A stretch of DNA of 64,000 nt from Leptonemataceae bacterium (GCA_965227295.1 OZ245742.1:1408001-1472000), one strand, 5' to 3'. Counted from the first letter of the stretch, positions 18,773-29,065 are shown. Numbers and translations are program-made. Notes: generated by a model not told the origin, from the sequence alone.

Positions 18773-20440
18773 TCACGCCCATTCCGGCGCGGGCAACTCG
18801 ACGCCGTCCCTCCCCGCGCTGAAGTGATGATCGCCCAGATACCGCAAATCCTCGCGTCGAATGTCCCGCGGATCGCAGTGGCCAAGGGCGCGGGTAAGAT
18901 CGAGCATGTCCTTGTGAAAGCCCGTGACGTAGTGATGAATCCGCGTGGCCTTTTCGGGAACATTGAGGCCGCGCATGCGCCATGGGCTGTTCGTGGCGAT
19001 GCCGGTGGGGCAGTGGTTCGTGTGGCACTTGAGCGATTGGATGCAGCCCAAAGACAGCATGGCCCCGCGCGCCGTTTCGATGACGTCGGCGCCGGCGGCG
19101 AAGGCCACCGCGGCGTGAGCCGGCGTGAAAATTTTGCCGGAGGCCGAAAGATGCACCTGGTCACGGATGCCCGCGGACTTTAACTTGCGATCAAGATAAG
19201 CTACGGTTTCGATGCAACTGCCGTAGCCGACGTAGTTGACGAATACGTTGTCGCCCGCGCCGGTGCCTCCGTCGGTGCCGTCGAGCTGAATCGCGTCCGG
19301 GCCCTTGCCGCTGGCCTTCATCGCCTCGACGAGCATGTCCAGTTCCGGCAGATAACCCACGCACATTTTGATACCGACCGGCAGTTCGGTGAGTTCGCGG
19401 ATTTCGTCGATGAAGTCCATGAGTTTCGCGAGCACCTCTTGCGGTGACCCGGCCAGAAGCTCGGCGTGCTGCGCCGGCGAAATGACGCTTTTGCCCGCGG
19501 GTACTTTGCGAACCGCGGCGATCTCCGGCGTTACCTTGGAACCGGGCAGGTGGCCGCCCTTGCCGGGTTTCGCGCCCTGGGAGATCTTAAGTTGCAGCAT
19601 GCGAATGTTATCGTGCGTGCGCACGAGTTCTTTTAAGAGATCGCGGTTGAGCCGGCGAGTCTCGCGGCCGTCCGGTAACGTCGCCGCGTCGCCCACACCG
19701 AACTTGCCCGTGCCGATCTGAAATACCACGTCGTTGCCGGCGACGCCGTGCGGGCCGTAGCCGCCTTCGCCGGTGTTGCAATAGGCCACGTCCTTTACCC
19801 CCAGGCTGATGGCCTCGGCCGACTTGTAGTTGATGGAGCCGTAGCTCATGCCCGAGATGTTGACGCTGCTCGTGACGTGGAAGGGCTTTACGTTCTTGCG
19901 ATGCGCACCGATTTCAAAGCCGTAACTGACGTTCGGCCGATCCGCGGGAAAGTTTTTATGCAACATGCGCGCGCCGATGGTATTGTCGCCGTCGTAGTTG
20001 TCCAGCTCCGTGCCGAAGGCCGTCAGCGCGGAAACGGCGTGCGCCTTCTGGTAAATGTAATCTCGTACGATCCTTGGAATGGGCCGGCCGTCGACGTTGG
20101 TTTCGTTGAAGTATTGTAAGTATTTATCGCGGAAGACGCGCTCAAAGACGAAACGCAACCGTCCGAGGGGGCCGTAGATGCGCACGATGGCGTGATCGTC
20201 CTGAAAGAAAAATTCGCGCAGAACGTAGACTGCCAGGGCCGCCCCCACTGCACCGAGGCCGTAGGGCCAGCCGTAGATGTACGCCAGGAACGGTGACGCG
20301 ATCAAAGCTACGTAACTCACCCCGTCGGCGATGATCTCCAGCGGGGGCCGGTACTCCGGCCGGATGAGCGCGCGTTCTTTACCCCGGGATCGGAAGCGCG
20401 CCAGGAGTTTGTGCGCCGGTTTCGATGCGTCGTAAGCCAT
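18773..20440 (-). CDS. FMN-binding glutamate synthase family protein with N-terminal TMs
   Basis: NISGMSYGS, NTGEGG, QIGTGKFG, LKISQGAKPGKGG, DG.DGGTGA, GCIQSLKCHTNHCPTGIAT. Confidence 0.92.
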   Translation of the reverse strand: MAYDASKPAHKLLARFRSRGKERALIRPEYRPPLEIIADGVSYVALIASPFLAYIYGWPYGLGAVGAALAVYVLREFFFQDDHAIVRIYGPLGRLRFVFERVFRDKYLQYFNETNVDGRPIPRIVRDYIYQKAHAVSALTAFGTELDNYDGDNTIGARMLHKNFPADRPNVSYGFEIGAHRKNVKPFHVTSSVNISGMSYGSINYKSAEAISLGVKDVAYCNTGEGGYGPHGVAGNDVVFQIGTGKFGVGDAATLPDGRETRRLNRDLLKELVRTHDNIRMLQLKISQGAKPGKGGHLPGSKVTPEIAAVRKVPAGKSVISPAQHAELLAGSPQEVLAKLMDFIDEIRELTELPVGIKMCVGYLPELDMLVEAMKASGKGPDAIQLDGTDGGTGAGDNVFVNYVGYGSCIETVAYLDRKLKSAGIRDQVHLSASGKIFTPAHAAVAFAAGADVIETARGAMLSLGCIQSLKCHTNHCPTGIATNSPWRMRGLNVPEKATRIHHYVTGFHKDMLDLTRALGHCDPRDIRREDLRYLGDHHFSAGRDGVELPAPEWA

Positions 20441-20497
20441 ACGCTATTCACGTATGGGAAATGGATGTGCCAACCATTATTCGGGGTTGCGCAACGG

Positions 20498-21412
20498 CTA
20501 TTCAAACCCTGGATCGATCTTCCCCGACGCGAGCAGATCCTGCCACTGCTGCGCATCGTGGGCGACGACGACGTTCACGTCCGGGTGTGCCGCAACGAAT
20601 TCGTGAATGGCGCGAATCTGCTGAGCCACGGAGTCGCGGTCTTCTTGCAGAAACAACATGCTGACGAGTCGTGGTCGCGCGGCCAGACGACGAACGCCTT
20701 CCATGTTCCAGACGATGTCTCCGACGAACAGAAACTCCTGGCCGTCGCGCTTACGGACGTAGATGATCTGACTGCCGGTGGAATGGCCGGCCGCCTTAAG
20801 CAACGCGATGCCCGGCATCGGTGAGTGAATGCGATCATACTCCAGCGGCGTAAACTTATCCAGCGCGCCCTCCGGGAACTCGGCGAGCTCAATGGTCGGC
20901 CCGTGGATCTGTTCTTCCAGCAGCGCCGTGTGTCCGGCAATCTCATCGAGGTACGGCGACTGTGCAATGCCGCCGACGTGGTCCATGTGTTCGTGGGTGG
21001 CGATGATCAAATCTGCCGCGCGCATGGCATTCTGCATTTCGTCGAAGCGTTCCGGAAAGAAGCCTTCGTCGCTGAAGTACTTTTTGTGCAGATGCTCATC
21101 GTGCGCCGTGTCTACAATGACGGAGCGCCCGTCGGCATACGTGATCTGGAACGATGTAAAGACCATAGGCCGCTTCTTGAAAAACGAATCGCCGGCGATC
21201 ACTGCCGCGGCGGGAAACCCGCCTTCGCCCACCAGGAGGCCGTTGATGTTCACGGGGCCATTTTCCTGCGGCCCGGCGGCAGCTCGCAATCCGGCGAGGT
21301 CAATCTTGTAACTCGACGTCTCCGGCACGGGGCCCTGGTCGAAGAAATACCATTTGAGCCCCCAGCCGACGACAACGACGGCGATCAGAATGTAAACGAT
21401 GCGCTTGCCCAT
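20498..21412 (-). CDS. Membrane-anchored MBL-fold metallo-hydrolase
   Basis: THEHMDHVGG, GHSTGS, FVGD, AHD; N-terminal TM; ATG 21412. Confidence 0.88.
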   Translation of the reverse strand: MGKRIVYILIAVVVVGWGLKWYFFDQGPVPETSSYKIDLAGLRAAAGPQENGPVNINGLLVGEGGFPAAAVIAGDSFFKKRPMVFTSFQITYADGRSVIVDTAHDEHLHKKYFSDEGFFPERFDEMQNAMRAADLIIATHEHMDHVGGIAQSPYLDEIAGHTALLEEQIHGPTIELAEFPEGALDKFTPLEYDRIHSPMPGIALLKAAGHSTGSQIIYVRKRDGQEFLFVGDIVWNMEGVRRLAARPRLVSMLFLQEDRDSVAQQIRAIHEFVAAHPDVNVVVAHDAQQWQDLLASGKIDPGFE

Positions 21413-21535
21413 ACACCGAAACTGAGACCGCCGCTGAGAATCGCAAGCCCGAAGAAGACTATGGTGTATGGTAGATACTTTTTTGGGCGCGTCGCCTGCG
21501 GCGACCGCGCTGCTTCGGGCTCCGCTTCGCTGCGG

Positions 21536-23402
21536 GGGCTGACCAAAAAGGTCCTGGATACGGACTTGACACAACGAAAATTCCTGGAAAAAGGCGACGG
21601 CCGGTTGAGGCTCTGCCCATGTCAGATCCGCACGCAGACGAACTTTTCCCTGAAACGACCGAATTGAGTGGTGCCTCGCGAAAGCCCAGGACGCAGAAGT
21701 TCAAGCCGTATGTTCAAAACGAGAGTTATCTTTTCCCGCCGAGTACAGAAGACTACGTGGAGCCGGGGCATCTGGCACGGATTGTCAGCGAGTTGATTGA
21801 CAGGATGGACCTCAGTGAACTCTACACTGCCTATCGCGGCGGCGGCACGAGTGCGTATGATCCGCGCATGATGCTCAAGGTCTGGGTGCTGGGTTATCTC
21901 AACCGAATTTACACGGGCCGGCAACTGGCAAAAGCCCTGCGCGAGAACATTACATTTCTCTGGATCAGCGGCAGTCAGCGACCGGACTTTCGGACGTTGA
22001 ATCTGTTTCGCAAACGCCTGGAGAAGCCGATGCGTTCGATCTTTCAACAGATCGTAATGTTCGCGCTGGATGAGGGAGTCATTACCGGTCGCGAAGTATT
22101 TGTGGATCACACGAAGATGGAAGCAAACGCGAACCGGCATCGTTTTTACTGGCGCAAGACCGCGGATCGTAAGCTTACCGAAATCCAGACGGAACTCGAT
22201 GAACTCTTCAAACACATCAAAGCATTGAGCGAAGCCGAAGATCTCGAATACGGCGAACGCGATCTGGAGGAGATGGAGCGCGGCAGAGTTTCTCCGGAAG
22301 CGCTGCAATCGTTGGTTGAATCTACAAACGCGGCGCTCAAAGCCGACCGGATAGATGCGGAGACTGCCGCAGACACTAAAAAAAACTCCGCAGAACGCGT
22401 GAGTTAGAACGCCGGCGCGAAAAGTACGAAAAACAGCGGGAAATCCTGCAAAATCGCAATGGCTGTTCGCGCACGGATCATGACGCCCGGCCGATGCGCA
22501 TGAAAGACGGCATCATGCGGCCCGGTTATAACGAGGGCATCGCGGTATCGAATCTTTTCGTTACGGCGTATGTTGTCAGCGACAACGGCAGCGATCCGGT
22601 AAGCTTCCCGGAATTGATGGACAGTGTCCGCGAACATCTCCCCGAGGCAGAAGCCGTGATTGCCGACGGCGCTTACGGTACGGAAGAAAACCTCGCGTAC
22701 CTCGAACGACACGGCATCCGGAGCTATGCAAAATACAGTCACTACGCTCGTGAAAGATCTCCAAAATGGAATGAAGAACGTGTACGCTTGAACCGTTTTT
22801 CGTATGATGAATTCAGTGACGTCTATACCTGCCCGGCCGGGGGGACGTTTGCCTTTTCAGCGAACGAAGAGTCGTCTGAGTCGCACGGGGTATGTGGAGC
22901 ACAGCCGTGAGTACAGCGCGCCTCCGGATTGCATACAGTGTCCGTTACGGCAGAAATGCACGCCGGGTAGTTCCGGCACGCTGACCGTGCGTCCGAATCT
23001 GGAGAGGCTGCGTAACATCACACGAGAGAATCTTAACAGCCCGCAGGGTCGTGAGTTTCAACGAATGCGGGGCCATGCTGTGGAAACCGTTTTCGGAGAC
23101 GGCAAATTCAATCAAAAGCGGCGCCGGTATGTAACCCGGGGCCTTGCCGGTGCACAAGCCGACGCCGGGTTGTTCTATCTTGCCCATAATGTTAAAAGAA
23201 TGAGCTGCGAACGGAGCCTGCACACCGAGGGGGTGGCGGAGAACCGCGAGCCCGGGCCAGGCTTGCCCGGAGGGTGAGCCGGTCGCCGAAGGCGAGGCCC
23301 GGGCGTTCGCGTAGCGACGCGGGTCGGAGCCAGGGGGAGCGGAGCTCCCCCCAATAAAATGAATGCCCTATCTCTTCTGGCAGGCCACTTTTTGGTCAGC
23401 CC
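21536..23402 (+). mobile_element. IS1182-family insertion sequence
   Basis: Perfect inverted repeats GGGGCTGACCAAAAAG (21535-21550) / CTTTTTGGTCAGCCCC (23388-23403); probable 3-bp CGG target duplication if the ends are 21536/23402; encloses the transposase. Confidence 0.9.
21619..23277 (+). pseudogene. IS1182-family DDE transposase split over three frames (two frameshifts)
   Basis: AYDPRMMLK, PDFRT, VDHTKMEANA in ORF1; RTDHDA..MRMK, PGYN, IADGAY, YTCPAG in the -1 frame; C..CPLR..C and VETVFG..K in the third segment; shifts at A8 22378-22385 and G6 22839-22844. Confidence 0.85.
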
Positions 23403-23446
23403 CGGCCTTCGGCCCCCTCCACATCGCTCGCGCGAAGAGCCCCGAA

Positions 23447-23821
23447 TCACAAGCGCCGGGGATCGGAAGGATCGCGATGATCGATAAGTCTCTTCTCCGC
23501 CCCGGCATACGAAGCGAATCCCAGAGCCAACAACCACACACCGCCGATCAAGAGGCCGCCGGCTTCGCGAAACACTTCGTTGTTGAGATAATCTTCCACG
23601 AAACCCGGGAACATAAACGCGGCGGCAAGCACGTAGGTCGCACCGAGGAGCAGAGCCACGCGACCGGACCAGCGGTTCCCTGCCGTGGCCACGGCGAAAG
23701 CCGCTGGAATCGCGTAGACGAGCATCCAGAAGAACATATCGGAGTCGTTGAGCTGGAGCAAGATCGCCCAGGCAAACAACAGGGCGAAGGGAATCGCAAG
23801 GATGCGCAGGATGGATTTCAT
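23447..23821 (-). CDS. TMEM220-like membrane protein
   Basis: LQLNDSD..FW..VY and E..REAGGL motifs, 4 TM. Confidence 0.75.
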   Translation of the reverse strand: MKSILRILAIPFALLFAWAILLQLNDSDMFFWMLVYAIPAAFAVATAGNRWSGRVALLLGATYVLAAAFMFPGFVEDYLNNEVFREAGGLLIGGVWLLALGFASYAGAEKRLIDHRDPSDPRRL

Positions 23822-23836
23822 GAACTCACCGTAGTT

Positions 23837-25147
23837 TCAGTCACCCGCGGAGACGGCCAGACGAAAGCCGGCGCTGCGATCTTCGGCCAGGCTGGGAAAT
23901 CCGCCGTAGTCTCGAAAATTCGACGCCGCGTACTCCCGGGACTGGTCGAAGCTCCCTCCGCGGATCACCTTAAAGACGCGCCCGCTCACCGCGCGTTTCA
24001 CCGGAAGCCGGTGCCCGGGATACGCCTGGTACCAGCTCGCCGTCCATTCCCGGGCGTTCCCGCACATGCCGAAGATGCGATACGGACTCTCATCGCGGAT
24101 CGCCGTAACGGGAATCGTGTCGCCGTGGCCGGATTCCAGAGTGTTGCACTTTGCCGGATCGAACTCGCCGCGAAAGGGAAAGGCCGGCGGCGCATTGTAA
24201 ACCGACGTCGGATCGCCGTTGATCTTGACGGCGCGCGCATCGCCGCGGGCGGCGAACTCCCATTCGAACTCCGTGGGCAATCGTTTACCGGTCCAGCGCG
24301 CGTAGGCCTCGGCGTCCCGGTAGCTGGCGACGATGACGGGATGATTCGCCTTGCCCCGCGGATAGCGACCGTCTTTCCAGGACGGCGGGAACGGATGACC
24401 GGCCTCGGTGCAGAAGCGATGGTACTCGACGTTGGTAACTTCGTATTTATCGAGGTAGAACGGTTTGATGCGCATCATCACTTCGAACTCCCGCCGATCG
24501 TAGTCGGGGTTGAAGTTGTCCAGGTTCGGATTGTCGCCCTGGCCGAAGATCGCGAAGCCGCCGGGAATATAACGCATCTGCTTGCCGTCCACCTGGTGGC
24601 GAATCTCCGGCAGGGCTCGCCGGGCCGTACGATCTACGGCCGGCTGCACCGGACGTAGATAGCCCAGCTTGCGGCGGTAGAGCCCGGCCCGATAGCCCAC
24701 GGACAGGGTGCGCAGGCCGTGATCGCGTTCCAGATCAAAAGTACCGAAGAGCAAGAACTCACGCAACTTCGCCGGTCGTCGATCGTAGCGGATTTCGAGA
24801 CGATTCGCCGTGAACGTGCCCGCCACTTCGCCGCGTCGGTTCAGCAGGGTGAGCGGGCGTTGCTTTTTCAAGAAGTACTCCCGGATCTTCTCGGCCTCGT
24901 CCCGCTGCAGATCCAGTGGATCCACGCTGAGAATGCGCAGGGCGCCTTTGCGTTTCTGCACCGCCACGACCTCGCCCAGCCCGATGAACTCCCAGCGGTC
25001 CCCGCTCCCCTGATCCACGTGTTTCGGGAATTCAAGGGCCGGATACTGCAGTCCGTCCGGTCCCTGGGAGAAGCCCGCGGTCGGAATTCCGGGGATCAGG
25101 GCGAGCATTATATAGAAGACTGTGCGGATCTTGAGCTGAACGGGCAT
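23837..25147 (-). CDS. Secreted formylglycine-generating enzyme (SUMF1/FGE-sulfatase) domain protein
   Basis: Signal peptide; FYLDKYEVTN, HPV, KRLPTEFEWEFAARG, MCGNAREW, RGGSF, GFRL. Confidence 0.9.
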   Translation of the reverse strand: MPVQLKIRTVFYIMLALIPGIPTAGFSQGPDGLQYPALEFPKHVDQGSGDRWEFIGLGEVVAVQKRKGALRILSVDPLDLQRDEAEKIREYFLKKQRPLTLLNRRGEVAGTFTANRLEIRYDRRPAKLREFLLFGTFDLERDHGLRTLSVGYRAGLYRRKLGYLRPVQPAVDRTARRALPEIRHQVDGKQMRYIPGGFAIFGQGDNPNLDNFNPDYDRREFEVMMRIKPFYLDKYEVTNVEYHRFCTEAGHPFPPSWKDGRYPRGKANHPVIVASYRDAEAYARWTGKRLPTEFEWEFAARGDARAVKINGDPTSVYNAPPAFPFRGEFDPAKCNTLESGHGDTIPVTAIRDESPYRIFGMCGNAREWTASWYQAYPGHRLPVKRAVSGRVFKVIRGGSFDQSREYAASNFRDYGGFPSLAEDRSAGFRLAVSAGD

Positions 25148-25475
25148 GGCGGCCTCGAAAAAAATGCGATTCTATGGCTCAGTATCGGCAAATCGCCGGA
25201 AATATGTCACACCCATGTGGTATAAGGGAGGCATCAAAAGCGAACGGTGCCTGCGGCGCCGGCGCGAAGGACACAGCAGGCAACAAAATGCAAAAAAAAA
25301 TGCAGCAAACAGATGATTTGTGCTTGTCGTTTATGTAGTGCTTTGATAGCCTGTGAGTATAAATTTTTATTGATCGACGGTGGAAAAGCCTCTCAAATCG
25401 TGGTAAATTGTCCAATGAGACATAAACTTTGAGGTTTTGAATCCGTCTATATAACTGAGTATAAGAGGTAGACCC

Positions 25476-25694
25476 ATGATCGTAAAAGAAGCGGAAAACC
25501 CGATCTACCATCGACGGAAGCGAGAAAGCCTGCCCGGGCGCGGACTGGATGCCCGCCCCGGCAATCACGAGAAAAGCTTCGACCAGTATCTCCTGGAAGC
25601 CTTCCAGGGCGAAGTCGTGAAAAAAGGCGATCGTTTCGCTGACGACGTCAGCAACCTCACGCGTGAGAATCTCATCCGGCTCAGTTCCGTCTGA
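25476..25694 (+). CDS. Small conserved hypothetical protein resembling a Leptospira family
   Basis: GAGG RBS; KSFDQYLLEAFQGEVV motif that I recall from small leptospiral proteins (unverified). Confidence 0.7.
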   Translation: MIVKEAENPIYHRRKRESLPGRGLDARPGNHEKSFDQYLLEAFQGEVVKKGDRFADDVSNLTRENLIRLSSV

Positions 25695-25863
25695 GCCGGA
25701 CCTGTAGCGAAGAAGTGAATTGAAAGTCACACAGGTTGAAGATTTCCGAATGCGCGTGTAAGGGGAATGGTACGCAGTTTGCCCGCCCGCTCTCCAGCGG
25801 ACGGCCGGTAAGTCTGTGTGCCCTGTGCCGGGCAGTCTCCCCGCCCTGGCTACCTCGACGGCG

Positions 25864-28017
25864 TTACTTGAAGCGGTACTTCATGAAGTCCATGAGACCC
25901 TGGTGCAGTTCGCGCTTGCCGTCTCCTTTCTCTTTGACCAGCATCTCCCGGTTGTCGTGAATGATGACGTCCTCTTTGAGCTTGTCCTCGCACCGCTGGA
26001 TGATCTCATCCCGATTCTGCGCCAGAAACTCGCGGCTACCGTAAATGTGGTGATAGCCCTGAATCGGAATGCGCACAATGTCTCGCACGGATGCGGCGCC
26101 GACGTCCACCATATCCAGTAGTTTCTTCGTGCCTTCGCCCATCTTCTCCAGATCGTCGCGAATGGGGTAGCGGCCGCGCTGCCAGGCCTCGTTGATCTTC
26201 GTCTTGAGCGCCTCGAATAGCTTGTTTTCCTCGGTGCCCAGGGTCTGCACCGCCTCGGAATCCTCGGCGCGCTTCCGGGCGAGTTTGCGCACTTCCTGCC
26301 GGGCCTGTTTCTTTTTTTCGGTGTCCGTGGTTTCCGGGGCGCTGCCGCGAATGCGCATGAGCCGGCGGTCTTCTTCCGCCTGCATGGTATTGCGGATTTT
26401 TGCCAGGTTGGTGTCGGAGATCTCCGAGCTTGTGAGAAAGAGGATGAGCCGGGACCACCACGGCAGGTGTTTTACGTAGGATTTGCGAATGGCCCGGCGC
26501 AGGCGGTCGATGTATACCGGCGCCAGATATTCTTTGATTTTTGCGTCCGGCAGACGAAAGACACCGAACAGGTTTTCCAGCACGCGGAGTAGATAGGTAT
26601 CCTCGCTCTTTTCGAACAGTTCGATGGCCATGTCCACAGCCTTTGCCGTGATCTGCCGGTCTTTGTAAATGATGTGAATGTTATCGAAGAGGTCCAGGTC
26701 CACCTCGTTCGTGATCTCGGAGGAATCGAGGTACGGTTCCGTGCAGGCGATGATGCCCGGCACCCGGCCCTGTAACATCATGCGCAGAAATGTTTCGGGG
26801 ATGTTGATGCTGCGATTGTTGCGCGTACGGTACAAATTGCCGAAGGCCTTGATCTTCGCCACGACGTCGCGCATTTCGTTTTGTTCGGAAGTCTTCGCCT
26901 GGTGTTTGGAAAATTGTTTGAGCCAGTCGCCCAGCTTCATGACCTCGACGGCCAGTTGCACTTCTCGTATGGGTGGTTCGCCGATGGCGGATAGTTTTTC
27001 GTACGCCAGTCCCGCCAGCTTCGAGTAGTACTCGTAGTTACTGATCTCGCCGGCCTTCTGCTGTTTCGTAAGAGCGGTAACGGTTTCAGCAGGCATCCAG
27101 TCGCCCATGTGCTGCGGACTTACGAACTGACTGAGCGCCGCAAAGCGGTTTTGAATCTCACCGGTCTTCGCGAAGAGCACGATGTCGTAGACCTTGTCGG
27201 CACCGGGGAAGCCGGCCTTGCGGATGTCGTCACAGCTCAGTGATACCAACAGGCGATCCCGGACGGCCTGGATCAACAGCGGACGATAGAGGCGCTTGTA
27301 GATTTCCTGGTTGACCTTGCGGATGTTGACGATGTCCGCCTGGGTTACGGCGCCAAGGCTCTTTTCGTCCACGTACATGCCGCGGAGGACGAAGTCGGCG
27401 CGGCCTTGCTGGAACGGCAGCTCGGATACCTTCGTCACGCTCTGGAATAAGGTGGCGTAGTCGTACCCGAATTCGGCGGTTTCGATGACGGCCTTAAGTA
27501 CGCGCAGCGATGTTTGAATCGTGGAACGATAGCCGACGATGACTTTGTCCGTGTGTTTGTCCGTGGGCGCGACGTAACGCGTAATGAAGCTGATGCCGAC
27601 CTTCGCATCCGGGGCGACCTCGCGCAGCACGTGGATGAACGCCGGGTTCTGTGCGGCGAGGGCCAGGCATTGTTTCGCCAGGTCCTCGTCGTTGGGCATG
27701 GGAATTTTATCGCTGATGCTGCGCTTGTAGATGAGCAGGTCTTTGGATACGTCCTGGAGCTCCGGATAAAAGACGTCCTCGCGACGGAAGACGCCGGTGA
27801 GGTAGCGCTGGATGGCCTCGTAGACCATGCTCAGCTGCTTCACGTTTTCGCGGAAGTCGGGGGACATTTCCGGTCCGTAACTTCCCTGGGAACTGAAGAT
27901 GCGACCGGCATCGGCGGGATGAAGGGCGAGTATCTTGCGCGGGTCCTGCTCGAAGCCGTCGTAATCGCTGCCCGGGTCGTGGGAGGCTTCGATGTCTTGT
28001 TCTTCGGAATCGCTCAT
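25864..28017 (-). CDS. Large conserved hypothetical protein
   Basis: 717-aa ORF with host-like codon usage, mostly helical; overlaps the upstream gene by 4 bp. Confidence 0.8.
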   Translation of the reverse strand: MSDSEEQDIEASHDPGSDYDGFEQDPRKILALHPADAGRIFSSQGSYGPEMSPDFRENVKQLSMVYEAIQRYLTGVFRREDVFYPELQDVSKDLLIYKRSISDKIPMPNDEDLAKQCLALAAQNPAFIHVLREVAPDAKVGISFITRYVAPTDKHTDKVIVGYRSTIQTSLRVLKAVIETAEFGYDYATLFQSVTKVSELPFQQGRADFVLRGMYVDEKSLGAVTQADIVNIRKVNQEIYKRLYRPLLIQAVRDRLLVSLSCDDIRKAGFPGADKVYDIVLFAKTGEIQNRFAALSQFVSPQHMGDWMPAETVTALTKQQKAGEISNYEYYSKLAGLAYEKLSAIGEPPIREVQLAVEVMKLGDWLKQFSKHQAKTSEQNEMRDVVAKIKAFGNLYRTRNNRSINIPETFLRMMLQGRVPGIIACTEPYLDSSEITNEVDLDLFDNIHIIYKDRQITAKAVDMAIELFEKSEDTYLLRVLENLFGVFRLPDAKIKEYLAPVYIDRLRRAIRKSYVKHLPWWSRLILFLTSSEISDTNLAKIRNTMQAEEDRRLMRIRGSAPETTDTEKKKQARQEVRKLARKRAEDSEAVQTLGTEENKLFEALKTKINEAWQRGRYPIRDDLEKMGEGTKKLLDMVDVGAASVRDIVRIPIQGYHHIYGSREFLAQNRDEIIQRCEDKLKEDVIIHDNREMLVKEKGDGKRELHQGLMDFMKYRFK

Positions 28018-28592
28018 TCTTGTTCGAAAGAGTGCGGCCGCGCGTGCCGGGTTTCCAGCAGCTCGCGCTTGAGATCGTCCGGTGTAAACAGCGGGCGTTG
28101 TAACGCGCCGCGGCCGGTAACCGCTGCCAGCACCAGAAAGCCCCCGTAAACGAAGACCCAGGGATTCAGGGAATAGTCGTTCGTCTCACGGATGTAAGTG
28201 TGTACCGGATTCGGAAAAATAATCCCCGCCACATACAGAATCGCAACCAAAATTACGCCGCCGTAGTACAGCGGCAGTCGATAGCGGCCGGCCGTTCCGG
28301 ACAGATAGAGGAACAGGCCCAGGATGGCCGGCAGAATGAACAGCGTGCGATAGTTGGAACCTCTGGACGGCGTTTCCGGTGACATAAGATCCACCTCGTA
28401 GGTGATCCAGGGGGCCAGGCCGGCGAAGGCGAGCGCCAGGCTCGCGATGACGAAGGCAATTTGCATGATGTCCATGCGGCTGAGCTGTTCGCCGATCCAG
28501 CCGATCAGTGCGCGTCCCACACCGATCCAGCCGAGCATGATGACGCGGAGGAGTTCGCCGAAGCGGCGGAAGATCATTCCAAATGAAGTCAT
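28014..28592 (-). CDS. Hypothetical membrane protein (~4 TM)
   Basis: Hydrophobic helices; coupled to neighbours. Confidence 0.7.
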   Translation of the reverse strand: MTSFGMIFRRFGELLRVIMLGWIGVGRALIGWIGEQLSRMDIMQIAFVIASLALAFAGLAPWITYEVDLMSPETPSRGSNYRTLFILPAILGLFLYLSGTAGRYRLPLYYGGVILVAILYVAGIIFPNPVHTYIRETNDYSLNPWVFVYGGFLVLAAVTGRGALQRPLFTPDDLKRELLETRHARPHSFEQE

Positions 28593-28600
28593 AGTAGAAG

Positions 28601-29065
28601 TTAGAGGGTGAACTGGATTTCCAGCTCCACCGTGGCGCCGAGGGGCAGGGCTGCCACGCCGACCGCGAAGCGGGCGTGTTTGCCGGCATCGCCGAAGATT
28701 TGTTGCGCCATGTCCGAGGCCCCGTTGGCGATTTTATGATGTTCGAAAAAGTCCGGCGCCGATGCGACAAAGGCGCCGAGCTTCAGCACGCCGCCGATGT
28801 CGTCGAGTTTTGCGACTCCGCCGGCGGCGGCCAGGCCGTTCAGGAAGCACTGAGCCATGGCGGCCTGCGCGGGTTCCAGTTCGCGATCCTTCGTCATGGG
28901 ACCCGCGAGCATCAGCTCGCCGCCGCGCAGTGGCAACTGCCCGCTCACGTAGATGATGTTGCCCTCGCGTTTGGCGGGGACGTAGGATGCCAGCGGCGGG
29001 CTGAGTTGCGGCAGGGCGATTCCCAGTTCTTGCAGGCGTGCGGTAAGCGCGGGCATGGGCGACAC
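28601..29065 (-). CDS. RidA/YjgF-family protein
   Basis: ASYVP, IYVSGQLP, ANGASD, GKHARFAVGVAALP..ATVELE. Confidence 0.9.
   Translation of the reverse strand: MSPMPALTARLQELGIALPQLSPPLASYVPAKREGNIIYVSGQLPLRGGELMLAGPMTKDRELEPAQAAMAQCFLNGLAAAGGVAKLDDIGGVLKLGAFVASAPDFFEHHKIANGASDMAQQIFGDAGKHARFAVGVAALPLGATVELEIQFTL

Noticed and set aside
23363-24658. 431-aa plus-strand ORF and many other long antisense ORFs (e.g. 3785-4747, 12605-13543, 34222-35160, 48654-49838, 50269-51423)
   Set aside because: Shadow frames of well-supported genes in high-GC DNA; no family motifs
25182-25208. Sigma-28-like GCCGATAC upstream of the SUMF1-domain gene
   Set aside because: No matching -35 element at the right spacing
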